A model generated the notes under the pieces. That model ran no database searches and was not told the origin of the DNA. It was given only the letters and a program-made list of their open reading frames with translations. Shown here one piece after another: positions 1-12,539 of a stretch of DNA of 64,000 bases (its first letter is position 1; each line of letters begins with the position of its first letter). The position numbers and the translations under genes were made by a program. Source of the stretch: Glaucostegus cemiculus (taxonomy: Eukaryota); contig CDPCPM010000005.1 in the NCBI GenBank assembly GCA_976551045.1, forward strand, positions 2,728,001 through 2,792,000, given 5' to 3'.

Positions 1-24
1 CATTACTGAAAGGATAGGTTTTTT

Positions 25-525
25 GAGAAGGTGCAAAAGAAATTTACCAGGATGCTGCCAGGATTAGAGGGCATGAGCTATAAAGAGAGGTTAGACAAAC
101 TTGGGTTGTTTTCTCTGGAGCGACGGAGGCCAACGAGAGATCTAATGGAGGTTTATAAGATTATGAGAGGCACAGATAGAAAAAACAGCTGGTATCATTT
201 TCCTAGGGTTGAAATGTCTAATACCAGAGGGCATGCATTTAAGGTGAGATAGGGTAAGTTCAAAGGAGATGTGAGGGGCAAAGTTTTTTTACACTGAGAG
301 TGGTGGGTGCCTGGAATGCACTGCCAGCGATGATAGTAGAGGCAAATACGATAGAGGCGTTCAAGAGGCTCTTCAATAGGCACATGACTGTGCAGAAAAT
401 GGAGGGATATGGACATTGTGTAGGCAAAAGGGATTAATTTAGCTGAGCATTTGATTACTCATTTAATTAGTTTGGCACAACAATGTGGGCCGAAGGTCCT
501 GTTCCTGTGCTGTACTGTCCAATGT
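25..525 (+). mobile_element. CR1 (HER1-like) LINE 3' fragment
   Basis: ORF 31-252 'QKKFTRMLPGLEGMSYKERLDKLGLFSLERRR...DLMEVYKIMRG...NTRGH' is the typical CR1 ORF2 C-terminus; 3' tail gggccgaaggtcctgttcctgtgctgtactgt. Confidence 0.92.
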
Positions 526-529
526 TTCA

Positions 530-1125
530 TCTTCTAAAATTTGGCATCAGGCCATAGAAGGAAATATTAGGAGAGACACCCAAAAGGTTAGGCAAAGTCA
601 TGATGAAGGAAGTTGTCACAGTGAGGCAGAAACGTTTAGGAAGGAATTCAAGAACTCAGGACTTTGGCAGTTGGCAAAGGTGGAGTGATTAAATTTGGAG
701 ATAAGTGAGTTGAGCACAAAGGTGAAGCACAGTAACCTCAGAGGGTTATAGAGTTGAAGGAGATAACAAAGGTAGAGAAGACGAGCAGAAGAAAAGGAAG
801 AGTGGTAAGATCCTTGCTACTTAACTGAGAACCAATATTGGTCAGTGAGCACTGGGATGTTGGATGAACAGAACCTGGCGCAGAATTCTGGATGATCTCT
901 AGTTTATGGAGGATAGGTCAATGGAGAGTGGCCTGGAATGCATTGGAACAAGCTAGTCAAAATGTAATAAACACATTAATATGGGCTTTAGTAGCAGTTA
1001 AGCTGAGATGTTATGGACTTGAATAATGTTACAGAGGTGGAAGTCAACTACCTTCGTAATGGCAAAGGTGTGTGGTCCGAAACTTCTCTTGGGGTAAAAT
1101 ATGACACAAAAGTTGTAAACAATTG
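530..1125 (-). mobile_element. Degraded L2-like LINE 3' region
   Basis: Purine-rich on the + strand; resembles the reverse complement of the L2-like copies at 12540-13340 and 43590-44010. Confidence 0.5.
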
Positions 1126-1744
1126 TCAAAACCAAATCCAAGGCAGTGTGTAGATTATAAAAACTGCTGAATTCTATTTATGCAATTTGCAAATTAGTTT
1201 GAGGATGTTGTTCTGGAAATGTAAATGTTCATTTGTTGTCACAACCCATGCACTGATTGGCCTATGTGTGGATTAAAGAACACGGTGCAAACTGGAGCTT
1301 TTTAAATTGCAAGCATTGCAACTTCTTTTAAAATGTAAAGTCAGATATTTTTGAAGGAAACGTTATCGTGCACAATTATTGTTGAGTAGCGTTATTCACA
1401 AATTGGCCAGTAAAATACATGCTTGTAATAGTGCTAAATAATAACATAATTTTAAACCAATATGCAGTAATTTTTGTCTAGTTTTAATTAATATGTAGTA
1501 GCTAAGTACAGTCACTTCAGATAATTCAGTTCCTTCAGCTTAATATTCTTTCCCCTGATCCTACATCTCTTCCTTTTGATTCTACATATCTTCCTTTTGT
1601 GCCTCATGTCTCAAGAACCCAACAGTATTTTTCCTCTCTCCAAGTTCCAGCTCTGATAAACTAAATGTACTCTCCCGCAGAATGCTTTACAGTAATGCCT
1701 GGTATTTACAAAGTACCAGACTACAGGAGCATGTGAATGGTACA

Positions 1745-2200
1745 TTTTTAGAAGATGTGTCAAGCCAAAGATGGCAGCTTGTGATTAATGGCTACCTCAT
1801 CCGTAGCACTGAGGCCCTGGCCACAAGCTGACAAACATAGCTTTCGTCCGCAGCCAATCAGAAGAGGCAAGCACGTCGGGCCTGTCAGCTTGACATATCA
1901 TTCAATGGACAATGTCAGCGAGTATTAATGTTCAATTATCTGTCCTAGAAATAACCCCTGTGTTTTTTTTATCATTGCAAAACCGGATGCTTTGCACAGC
2001 AATACTCCAAATGACTGGACAGATATCGCCTGCTAAAGTCAAATAGTTGGAAGCTGCCATTCTCCTGCTATGAAGATAGCATTGTGTCTGGGGCAGATCG
2101 TCATCAGCCTAATACATACAACCATACCACATTCTCCTGTCATCACCTTTTTTGCATAACTTCTTCCATCATTAATAATGAAGTTGATTTGCTACAGCTG
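1745..2200. promoter_or_regulatory. Candidate conserved enhancer (Pbx-Hox + Meis motifs)
   Basis: TGATTAATGG 1782-1791, CTGTCA 1882-1887 next to TGACAT 1891-1896, further TGACA/TGTCA cores and GCCAATCAG; unique sequence. Confidence 0.55.
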
Positions 2201-3689
2201 CAAATCCTCCTCTCAGAGCAGTGGATTTTGTTTGAATTCACAACTATTTTTGTTTTTCTCCTAAAGCCCCACTGTTGATCAAGCATCGTGCCTGTTACCA
2301 TCAGTCCAGTAAAGTCTGACTGAACCAATATACAAAGGTTATCAGTGACTGCTAACTCTCCACATGAAGCTGCTAATGAAAAAGGGACAACAATATGATA
2401 ACCACTGCTAGCTTACAGATAAGCCTTTCTCTCACAATCTCTTGCTTATTTGTACACTGTAACATGTATGATACTCACAGTCTGTGCTTACAGCAATCGG
2501 TCAAGAGAGATAAGCAAGTCCTCAGTCTGGAAAATTTAAATTATGCCTTTCTGACTGTGTCTGTAATCATTGTTCAGAATGTTAATCATAAGGACCAAAC
2601 AGGTAACCTAGAACAAACTAATCTTGACATATTTGATGGTGAAGCGTCATTTTGAAACATTAGTTTCTCATTATCTCAACATTCTATCCTAAAATAGTTG
2701 CAATATATGAAATCATTTTCAATATGCCTATTTAGTTATTTTCTAGTCATTTTTCTTTGTTGAATCAGCTTTTTGACCAAAGTATCTAACTATTACTCGT
2801 GGAACGAAACAAATATATACAAATAGATGACTTGTGCTGGTGCCTAAAATAGGCAGGATGTAGTTACCAGTCCTACAGGCATTACTTGACCGGAATGATT
2901 CCAGGCCCAGTTTTCTTCAATGAAATCATCTGTGATCGATTTCTTTTCTAAATCAAGCTTTGATAACTTGTCTCCACAATTTATTCAATGAGTTTCTGAG
3001 GGTAGAAGTGATGAATGTTGCTGAGTGCCAGCAGTTTTTGGTCCATGGTGAATATCCCCAAGGAGCTCCTTATACAATGTCCCAGGGGCCTGTCAGACTT
3101 GTAATTGATGATGTTTTCACTGCAAGGTGTGGGATTGGGATGCACCGGGGCTCAATGGGGAGTTAAACTGCATGAATTGACTCAGCTGTGCCTTTTACTG
3201 GTGACTTCTGTAAGTATAAACTCATTAACTCCACTGTTCTTTCATTTTTTGAAAGGGGTTGTATTATCACTGCACAATATAGAATGGTAGTGAACTAAAG
3301 GGATTTTGTGACTATACTAATCTGAAACACTGAATGCCCTTATTCAGCAACATTTTCTGGCAAAAGAAGTTACAAATATAAACATAAGTCTTCAAAAGTA
3401 ATTGTTCAGTCTGGTTTAAACTAGTTGTCAAAACTGTACAATATTTCTTAATGCCATTGCTTTGCAATGATTCTGAAATGCATACGTGGTTTGTGCATTT
3501 TGGCGTTAGAATTCATTGCATGTAATGCTAAGTAAACATTTCCCGAGCAATACCCATTCACTTATATTCCTAAATATGCTCCTCAAAATTTAAATTGGGT
3601 TCTTTGAGAATTTAAGATCTATTGTTTTCTGTCCAGTGAAATTTAGCCTAAGTAGATCAACAAAAAATTCCAGGAGGAGGCTCTTGTTA

Positions 3690-4000
3690 TGAATATGAGC
3701 GGGAAGTAGAAGATACAGGCTCCCTGCCAAGCCAGTGACAGCATGCCTTGCCCGGGTTGCTATGGGTGACCAGTGCACCGACGTCCTGGGGCTTGAGCAA
3801 TAAACAACCAATGACTAATGACTTCAGGAGTCTGAGTGACCTTTGACTCTCAATGGCCCGGACAGTTTGACAAATGATCCAGTTCAAGAGGAAACAAAGT
3901 CAAGCCAACAACTTATCCATCTGTTTCACGAAAAGTAGCATCTGTTGGCAAGCTACCATGGTAACAACGAATCTTCTGCTCGCAAAACGATCATATTGGA
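3690..4000. promoter_or_regulatory. Candidate enhancer with two RFX X-box-like motifs
   Basis: GTTGCTATGGGTGAC 3756-3770, GCTACCATGGTAAC 3952-3965, forkhead AATAAACA 3799-3806, TGACAG 3736-3741. Confidence 0.45.
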
Positions 4001-4244
4001 ATTTTAATACAAAAGTGTGATTTTTAGTTAATGTTTTGTACACAACAGTGACATCCATCAGTAAAGGTGACCACAAAGCTAAGAACATATATGCTGGACA
4101 ATGCACCAACCTGCCGATCATTTCGAGATAATGGTCCAATGTAGGAGCCATTCAAAAGGATACTTCAAAAATGCAAATTTCACCCACTAACGGATTGAGC
4201 CACAAATGAACTCTGTGGAAGCAAGTGGGCTGGGATTGGCAAGT

Positions 4245-4685
4245 CATAGAGTCATACAGCATGGAGACGGGCCCTTCAGCCCAACTCATCCATGCTGACC
4301 ATGGTGCCCACCAAGCTGATCCCAATTACCCACATTTGGCCCATATTCCTCTAAACCCCTCCGATCTGTGTACTTATCCAAAAGTCTTTTAAATGTTGTT
4401 ATTGTACCTACTTCCCCTGGCAGCTCATCCCATGTACACACACCACTCTCTGCATGAAGAAGTTGCCCCTCAGGTCCCTTTGTAAATCTTTCAGCTCTCA
4501 ACTTAAACCTATGCCCTTTAGTTTTTAGTTCCCCTTCCCTGGGAAAAAGACAACGTGCATTCACCCTATCTATACCCCTCATGATTTTATACACATTTGT
4601 AAGGTTGCCCCTCAATCTCCTGTATTCCAAGGAATAAAGACCTAGCCTGCCCAACCTTTTCCTATAGGCTCTCAATTCCTGGCAT
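4245..4685 (-). mobile_element. CR1 LINE 3' fragment
   Basis: ORF 4286-4675 'RLGRLGLYSLEYRRLRGNLTNVYKIMRGIDRVNA...' plus the CR1 tail (gttgggctgaagggcc...ctatgactctatgac on the minus strand). Confidence 0.92.
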
Positions 4686-5024
4686 CATTCCCAAGGTTTT
4701 ATGCCATTTTCCATTGATATCTGACTTATTCCTAGTATATATTACCTTGTTTTATAGATTTCTTATTTCTTTCAAGAGAACTTATTTCTTATGGGATTTT
4801 TCTTCCCTGTAAACACATCCTTAAGATGAGAATCTAATGGAATGTCACACCACTGCACAGCATATTTCAGGCTGATAGTCATATACACATACACCTGTTG
4901 CATTGCTTGAGGGGCAGGATGTGACACAGGGAAGCACATATGTGGGCTGGTGAGAGGGATCTCATGTCCTAGGAATGGGGAGCAGCAGCAGTGGTGCTGG
5001 AGGCATTGATGGCCAAGGGGATTG

Positions 5025-5532
5025 TGCAGGCATTGGAGAAGGTCCAGAGGAGGTTTACCAGAATGATCCCGGGAATGAAAGGGTTAACATGCGAGGACAT
5101 TTGATGGCTCTGACCCCGTACTCTCTGGAACTTAGAAGGATGAGGGGGGGATCTCATTGAAACTACTGAATATTGAAATACCTGCATAGAATGGATGTGG
5201 AGAGGATGTTTCTAGTAGAGGCAGAGTCTAGGACCAGAGGGCACAGCCTCAGAATAGAAGGACGTCCCTTTATAACAGAGACAAGGAGGAATTTCTTTGG
5301 CCAGAAGGTGGTGAATCTGTGGAATTCACTGCCACAGATGGCTGTGGAGGCCAAGTCATTGGGTATATTTAAAGTGGAGGTTGATAGGTTCTTGATTAGT
5401 AAGGGCATCAAAGGTTATGGGAGAAGGCAGGAGAATGGGGTTGAGAGGGAAAAATAAATCAGCCCTGATTGAGTAGTGGAGCTGACTCGTTGGGCTGAAT
5501 GGCCTAATTCTGCTCCTATGTCTTATGGTCTT
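5025..5532 (+). mobile_element. CR1 LINE 3' fragment, frameshifted
   Basis: 'SRTRGHSLRIEGRPF.TE.RRNFF.QKVVNLWNSLPQ' CR1 motif; tail gggctgaatggcctaattctgctcctatgtcttatggtctt. Confidence 0.92.
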
Positions 5533-7439
5533 TTGGAATGAGGAACTGGAAGACTATCAGTCATCATTCAATGACATGACCAGAATTCGGTTGGGCCTCC
5601 CCATCAACTGCAAGGCCACTTCCAGAGGACCATCCCTCTGCTGCCAGGGGTCATCAGCATCTCAGGCTCTCCGCTCATCCACCGCTGCCTCATAATGCAG
5701 GAGCAAAGGCCCAGCTACCAATGTCCAATGATTGCACTCCGCATTCCCTCTGGATGACGAAGATGTGGGGAGCAGCGAAAGAGAGGAAGACAGGGTGGTT
5801 GGGGAGAGAGGAGGGTGGGAGAGACTGATATGGAAGCAGGCAGTCAGTGGCACCAGTTGAAGTAGATGAGGGGCAGGGGCACTTCGTGTTGTAATATGTC
5901 ATATATGTTAATGAAAGCAAACAAAGAATGAAACATTTATTCTGCAAGTCTCTGCTAATCAACTTGTGATGTTCCATACGTTTTCTTTGATATACATAAC
6001 TTTTATATTTCAAAATTCATTTCATAATTAATAAGCAAATGTCTTAAGGGCTGGATGCAATCCTTGGATTTGTAAACTTTTGTGTACAAGTTACGCTCAA
6101 AAATGATAGGTATGAATAGAACAGCTATTGCCTCTCACACACCACAAAAAGGTGTCCAGTTAGAGGGAAAAATCTATGCATGTTGTCCGCCTCTTAACTT
6201 GCTTCTTGATGCTCTGTCAATGTAGCAATGGAAATGGGTGCGAGTAACTGAATGGGTTCTGTCATCACCTCGTTCCCTGTTATAAAGCACAGGCCTGCTT
6301 CAGTGTTCATTTTTTAAAAATCAATCGTCATTTTCAACTGCTAACACCTCAATAGAAGTGACCTCCTATACAATAGCACTGGTTATGAACAAATGCTATT
6401 GACAACAATGATTACACATTAAGATTCAATATGCAAGAGATCAGTGCAATCATTGGTCATTGCTGTTCAAGGTAACTTGGCACTTGCCTATAAATCAATG
6501 CACCGTGACTCACAAGGAATAATTGAGTGCTTTCAAACATACTACTGCCATCTTATATGAGTTTGCAACGATATGTAAGTATATCTTTCATGTTATTTCT
6601 TGTCTAGTCTATTTAATATCTGATTTTCCTGTTATGCTAACAGCACACAGCTCATATCCTGAAGCAACAAACAAAACGCTGGAGAAACTCAAGCACCAAG
6701 TCACAAATGAGCATTCACAAGTAGAGTAAATTGTTTACCATTTCAGAGGCTTGACAAAGTTAAAAGCCATGTTGAAAAATATCAGAATCTCCACAATCTC
6801 AAACCAAAGGCTAATGCATCTCGAACAAAGGGGCGAAAAGGGCAGAAAAATGAAACAAATACAAGGCATGAATCATAAGATTGATTAGTGGAGACAGTTC
6901 CTGCAGTGGCAAATTCCCACTGAAGTCATGTGAATCCTGTCTGTATTAATGGGAGTTAAAGAACTTTCATCATGAGATTCAATGGCTGACGTCATCTGGT
7001 ACACTTCTGAAATGGAGTAAGATATCTCCATTACAATAAAAGCCTACAAGAAATTCTAACAGTTTTAAGACACCCGCATGAACGTTACCTCCAACGTGGA
7101 AATATTTGAAGAGCAACAACTTGCAGGTATATAGCACACGTAACATGGCAAAACTTTCACAGGAACTTATTCAAATAAAAGTTTAATTCTGAGTCACAAT
7201 CAGAAATACTAGCTCCAATGACTAAAAACAAGGTCAAATTGATAAGTTTTAAGTGACACCTTCAAGAGAGAAAGAGTGAACATTAGAAAAAAAACATACA
7301 ATTCTCCTCAGACTTGCTGACAGTGCAGTGTTCCAAAATATTTTTTGACAGAAGTATAATACATCTTCATTGATTATGAATGACCTAGTTATTCATAAGT
7401 TTTTTTAAATATGAAAGATAATGAAATAGGCGATCTGTT

Positions 7440-7550
7440 TCAGAACTGAAGCAACACACAAAATGCTGGAGGAACTCAGCGGGTCAGGCAGCATCTCTAG
7501 AGGGAAATGGACATCGACTTTTTGGGTTAAGACCCTTCATCTGGAACTGT
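7440..7550 (-). mobile_element. Penelope-type pseudo-LTR fragment
   Basis: gcaacacacaaaatgctggaggaactcagcgggtcaggcagcatc...gacccttcatctgg, the same family as the copies at 11680, 35875 and 58170. Confidence 0.7.
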
Positions 7551-7595
7551 GAGGCAGCAGCTCTACTAAGCGCACCATTTTGTTTAGGAAGGTGG

Positions 7596-7596
<1 letters not shown>

Positions 7597-7662
<66 letters not shown>
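7597..7662. repeat. (GA)n microsatellite
   Basis: About 30 GA units, read directly. Confidence 0.98.
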
Positions 7663-7663
<1 letters not shown>

Positions 7664-7743
7664 GGGGTGGTGGGTTGGCTGCAAGGGAAGGCAGAGTGTG
7701 ATAGAGGAACAAAGAGTGGCAGAGAAATATTTCTTACGCCTCA

Positions 7744-7916
7744 AGAGACACAAGAGATTGCAAATGCTGGAATCCAAAGCAACACACCATCTGCTGGTGG
7801 AACTCAGTGGGTCAAACAGGGTTGTCCTGATGCAGAGTTATGACCCATAACATCGACAATTCCTTTCCTCCTACAGATGCTGCTCGACCCGCTGAGCTCT
7901 TCCAGCAGTTTGTTTG
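7744..7916. mobile_element. Penelope-type inverted element with target-site duplication
   Basis: Inverted arms (ctgctggtggaactcagtgggtc / gacccgctgagctcttccagcag). Flanking direct repeat TTTCTTACGCCTCA 7730-7743 and TTTCTTATGCCTCA 7917-7930. Confidence 0.75.
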
Positions 7917-9409
7917 TTTCTTATGCCTCAGCTTAGCTTAAGAGCTAAGATGAAAGGGAGTGGAGCTCACCAGTGACTTGAATCCTTCACTGCCACCCCA
8001 AATACATTTACAGTCTCTCTCTTGGTGTTCCCTGCAGTAAACTAGTTAATGAATGGCTCAGTAGGCCCCATCTCCACACTGTTATCTGTATGTTGTTTAA
8101 GAGGGTCGCTGCTGTCCGTCTCAGCAAGGACTTAGGTGGCGCTACCATTCCGATTGGATGTACTCCTAGAGGTTTCTTCTCATGAGCTTCCATCTCCAAT
8201 TATCCAACCCATATGCTCCCTATTCACTGGTCAACCACCATATGCATCATCATGGATTCACGGTCCCGTTGAACAATGTTTGCCTCTCATTTGAAAAACC
8301 CTTTTCCTACCCTTTCAGCTACCCCATTATTTCATTTAAAATTCTTTTTACGATTAGCAAAATACCCAAAGTAAAAGAAATCACAACTATGTCTGAGTCT
8401 CTCATTTTGCTTTAAGATCCATCCAGGAGGATAATCTTCAATCCCCAGAGAATCAGGAAAATTGCCAACAAAAGATTGGGGGTGTGGGAAATGGGGGGGG
8501 GGGGGGGTGAGTTCACGGTGGCAGTAAGGCTCGACACTTGGTTAGCTTGGTTGGCTCTCACTGATAACCAATCTGAAAGTCTGACCCTTTCTGCTTAGGC
8601 TCCTGCACTAAGTACTTGACTTCACTAGTGTCCTGCGGAGCCAGCAAGAATCAGCAGCCTAGAGATTGTAGTGCAGTGCCTGCCCTGAATGGAAAGGCTT
8701 GATGAACATGTATCATTGAACCTCAGCCTTTGAGCAGGTGAACAGTGGACATCCAATGGAGATCCCAGGCACAGGAAACCAAACCTGCAAGTTGGTGGAC
8801 TTACCTGGAAGCTGGTCTTAATGCCCTCATTATGGACGCAAACTTTAATTATTAATAATTCAGAGAGCAAATTATGGGTAATAATCTGCCTTCTAAATGG
8901 CATAAATGTAAATGTAAAACGAAGAGGACATTGAAACCATTTATGAGTGATGGAGCAGCAATTCAAGCTGAGTGTTGTGGTATTGGGGCTGCAGTCACTG
9001 TTGCTGTAAGTTATCAGACTGACTGGTACTACAGAAGGGTTGTAATGTGCAAAGATCACACCAGTTCCAGAAAAGGGGGAGAAAATCAGCCTTTAGGCCC
9101 GTAATCGAATACCTTGAGGGGAACAAATGAGAGCAGCACCTGTGGAAGAGCATTGCTTCAGGCAGGCACCTGTTAACTTCAGATGGCACGTACTTTGGGA
9201 ATACCAAATCAATGGAAAAAACCTGTTAGGCCTCAAGTAAATATTTCACTAGGTCCTGTAGAGTGTAATTATTTTTAATCTCAATAAAAGCAATAAAATT
9301 GGATTAAAGGCATTTGTATTGATGCCCCTATTTAAAGATGTCACCATTTTTCAAATCCTTTTATGACTTCATCTCTCCCTTTCTCTGTACCCTTCAGTAA
9401 CTGTAATGT

Positions 9410-9680
9410 CCTCCCAGATGCCTGCACTCCTCCAATTCTGGTCTCATGAGCAACTCCAACTTCAATCACACCACCACCGGTGCCCATGCCTTCAATTGCC
9501 AGGGTTCAGTATTTTGGAATTCCCTTCCTAAAGCTCCTTGTCTCCACGTCTCTCTCCTCTTTGACCATTTGGTCTTCTGCACTAATTCCTCCAAATGTGA
9601 CTCTGAGACAAATGTTTTAATGATCTGAAACACCTCTGAACATTTTACTGCAATAAAGGTGTTTTATAAATGCCAGGATA
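9410..9680 (+). mobile_element. L2-like LINE 3' end, degraded
   Basis: Motif ggtgcccatgccttcaattgccaggg...tggaattcccttcctaaa and tail aaaggtgttttataaatgc, shared with several other copies in the window. Confidence 0.6.
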
Positions 9681-10399
9681 TTGCCATTTCTCTTACAATT
9701 TCTCATAAGCCAATTGTTTATTGCTGCATATTAAACTCTTAAAATATTCAGAACTAGATCTTAACATTGGAGCGCCTGGCACAAGTTTCATGTTTTAGGA
9801 TATGGGAATTCACATAATGCTCCTCCCATGATTTTCCATTCATTAATTTTAATGGATAGAAAATGTTAACAGGTGCACGTACAAATTTTTCTTCTGCACA
9901 CATCATTGGATGCACTGAAAATTGACATTTGCTTTGTACTTTCCTCAATATTAAAAGAATAATGTCCCTTGGCCTTTCTGCACAGTATGAAGAACTAACT
10001 GGGAGAATGATTGGTCATGATGCTCCAATGACATTAGATATAACATCTTCAACACCAATACCTACTAGCACTCTGAACACACATTATGGCTCTTAATTAA
10101 ATTGGTTTGGGCTAGTTAATTGCAGAAACCAAATCAATTCTCTTTACGACCAATATAAGAGGATACAAATAATTTTGTTGGGAGAGGTGAGTTATGAACT
10201 ATAGAAACCGAACCTTGAATGTTAACAATTTTGCCTGCTTCCAAAGTTATTTAACGTTGATACGATGACACAAGGTAAAGAGGAAACTCAGCATAAACAT
10301 TAATGTGGACCTATTAAGCCAAATAGCATGATTCTGTGCTGAAAACCTCCACTGCAGAATTATGTTGGAGCTACTTCACAATTGGCTTATCATGGATCA

Positions 10400-11095
10400 A
10401 TCTCTGGAACTCTCGGCTCACTACTTGGCCATAGCTGAAAGGGTAAATAAGGTGCTGAGTTAAATTAACATAAGGTTCAAGCACAAAAAGGATGATACTG
10501 TTGCTGTTTATAGCCAGGTGTCAGATAGGATAATATGTGCAGTTCTAAGGGGAAGATGCCTTATGGTGAAAAATATGGTGCTTATGGTGAAATTGTGCAT
10601 TTGTTCAGGAGGAAATCTTGCTCTCTTTACTTCATCATGGATAGATATTATTGTTTTTTGGAAGATCAGACATTTAAATTATGAGGAATGGTACAGGCAA
10701 TTCAACTTGATTTCCTTGAGAAATGTAAATGTTTTTAATATAATTTAATTAAAGCTTTAATGAAGGTGTGACAAGTATGATTCCAACGGTTCTTCACAAT
10801 GGTGAAAAACTGAAATATGAGAGTACTTAAAAATTAGATACTTAGGGTAAAGAGATTTCCTAATTCAACTGAAGAGTAATAGGGGTGAGCAAAATGTTAT
10901 CAGGAAGAAAAGTTGTAGTAGCTGGAATCCATTTAAGGAAATTGTGTAAACAAACCATGTTGACAATTGCATTAATTTGCCTAGAGCAAAGAAATAAGGT
11001 ATTTATGAAAAGGTGGGGAGATGGGGTTGAGATCTATCACAAAAGAATGATTCAGTTGAGCTTAAGTATCTTTTCCTGTTCTTTTAAGTTCTTCT
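10400..11095 (+). mobile_element. Highly degraded CR1 LINE 3' region
   Basis: Residual 'LNYEE...' coding pattern followed by a CR1-like 3' UTR; many stops. Confidence 0.5.
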
Positions 11096-11679
11096 CTGAC
11101 ATGTCACAGGCTACATACAGTAAGTCAAAGGGACAACAGGAGTTGAACAAAAAAGTACATTAGAAATGAGCTGAAACATACACTTGGCAGTTAAGACTGT
11201 GCCTAAATTGAGAACTGTTAACAATAGCTAAAGACTCCTGGGAAGGAAACTCCAAATATAAAGCTGTACTTCCTGAACTCACCAAAATATCCAAGATTAG
11301 TTAGAATTTAATGCAATTTATTCAAATAGATAATCCATCTGGTCTGTTATCTAAAATACTACATATGTAATTTTTTGTGCCTTAATTTGTAATATAAGAT
11401 TAAAGAAATAATAAATTCTCTAATAGCCTGTTAAATTGTTATCCACCATCTTAGTATTCTCTGGTTAACGTCCTTGGTGCCAGTTTACCAGGCAACACGA
11501 GTATTTTGAAAGACCCTCTCATTATTTGCTTCACACCTTGAGTCATAAAACAAAGCAATGTCACAGTGATTAACAAATGTGTTCTTAAAACGGCCACAAT
11601 AACAGCCTCCACAGTATTGGAGAATACCCATCATGACTCCATTCATTTTTCACCCACACGGTCACAAATGTTAAACGGG

Positions 11680-11900
11680 AACAAAACAACAAGGTGCTGG
11701 AGGAACTCAATGGGTCAGGCAGCATTTGTGGAGGCAAAAGTAATGGTCGATGTTTTGGGTTGAGGCCCTGCATCTCAGACTTGATGCAGGGGCTCAACCC
11801 AAAACATCAACCATTCCTTTGCTTCCAAAGACGCTGCTCAACCCATGGGTTCCTCCAGCAGATTGCTCTTTGCTCCACATTACAGCATCTGCAGTCTCAC
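11680..11900. mobile_element. Penelope-type foldback (palindromic) element
   Basis: Inner arms 11749-11774 and 11783-11808 are reverse complements at 25/26 positions; looser outer arms extend to about 11695 and 11860; ends in cagcatctgcagtctc. Confidence 0.8.
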
Positions 11901-12539
11901 GCCTCAATATTAAACCAGATGTTTGTCAAGAGAGCCACTGATATGAGCACTGGACTCCGAAGTTGTTGGAATCCCAGTCATAGTTGATGGCTATAGATGG
12001 CTTTCCCCAGTCCAAGATAAAGGACTATAGGAAAAGAAAGAAGTCATGAGACATCTCAAACCTATTTAACTATGCAATACAAACATGGCTGATCATGAGC
12101 ACGGTAGCATATTTAAGTTATTGGACATCCCTCAGCAATCCCTCATATGATTGTGACTGAGTTGTTGACCTTCATCCTTCTCAACCAGAACACAGTTTTT
12201 GACTTGTTTGACCATACAAAGTCTTTCTATCTTTGTCCACTGAATGGCACTGCACTCTAGAGCCTGGTTATCTGACTCTCACTTAATAAGACCCAACTAC
12301 TTTTGGTTTGGAACAGGTTGGATGCATATTCTGATAAAATATATGGATTTGAGTCAGTACTTTACCTCGGAATGGAATAATTTGCTTAGTAATAAATATG
12401 TGTCCTCTATTCTTCATCAATAGCAGCGTGTGTGCAGCACAGTGGGTCTTTCTTTTCGATTTTAGCACAAACACTAAATCCAGCTTGAGCCACATTTGGT
12501 GCTCAAGCTTGGGTTGTATCGGGGTATGGCTGTGGTTGG

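Noticed and set aside
7484-7850. ORFs with (ER)n / (SL)n runs
   Set aside because: Translations of the (GA)n microsatellite and flanking repeats.
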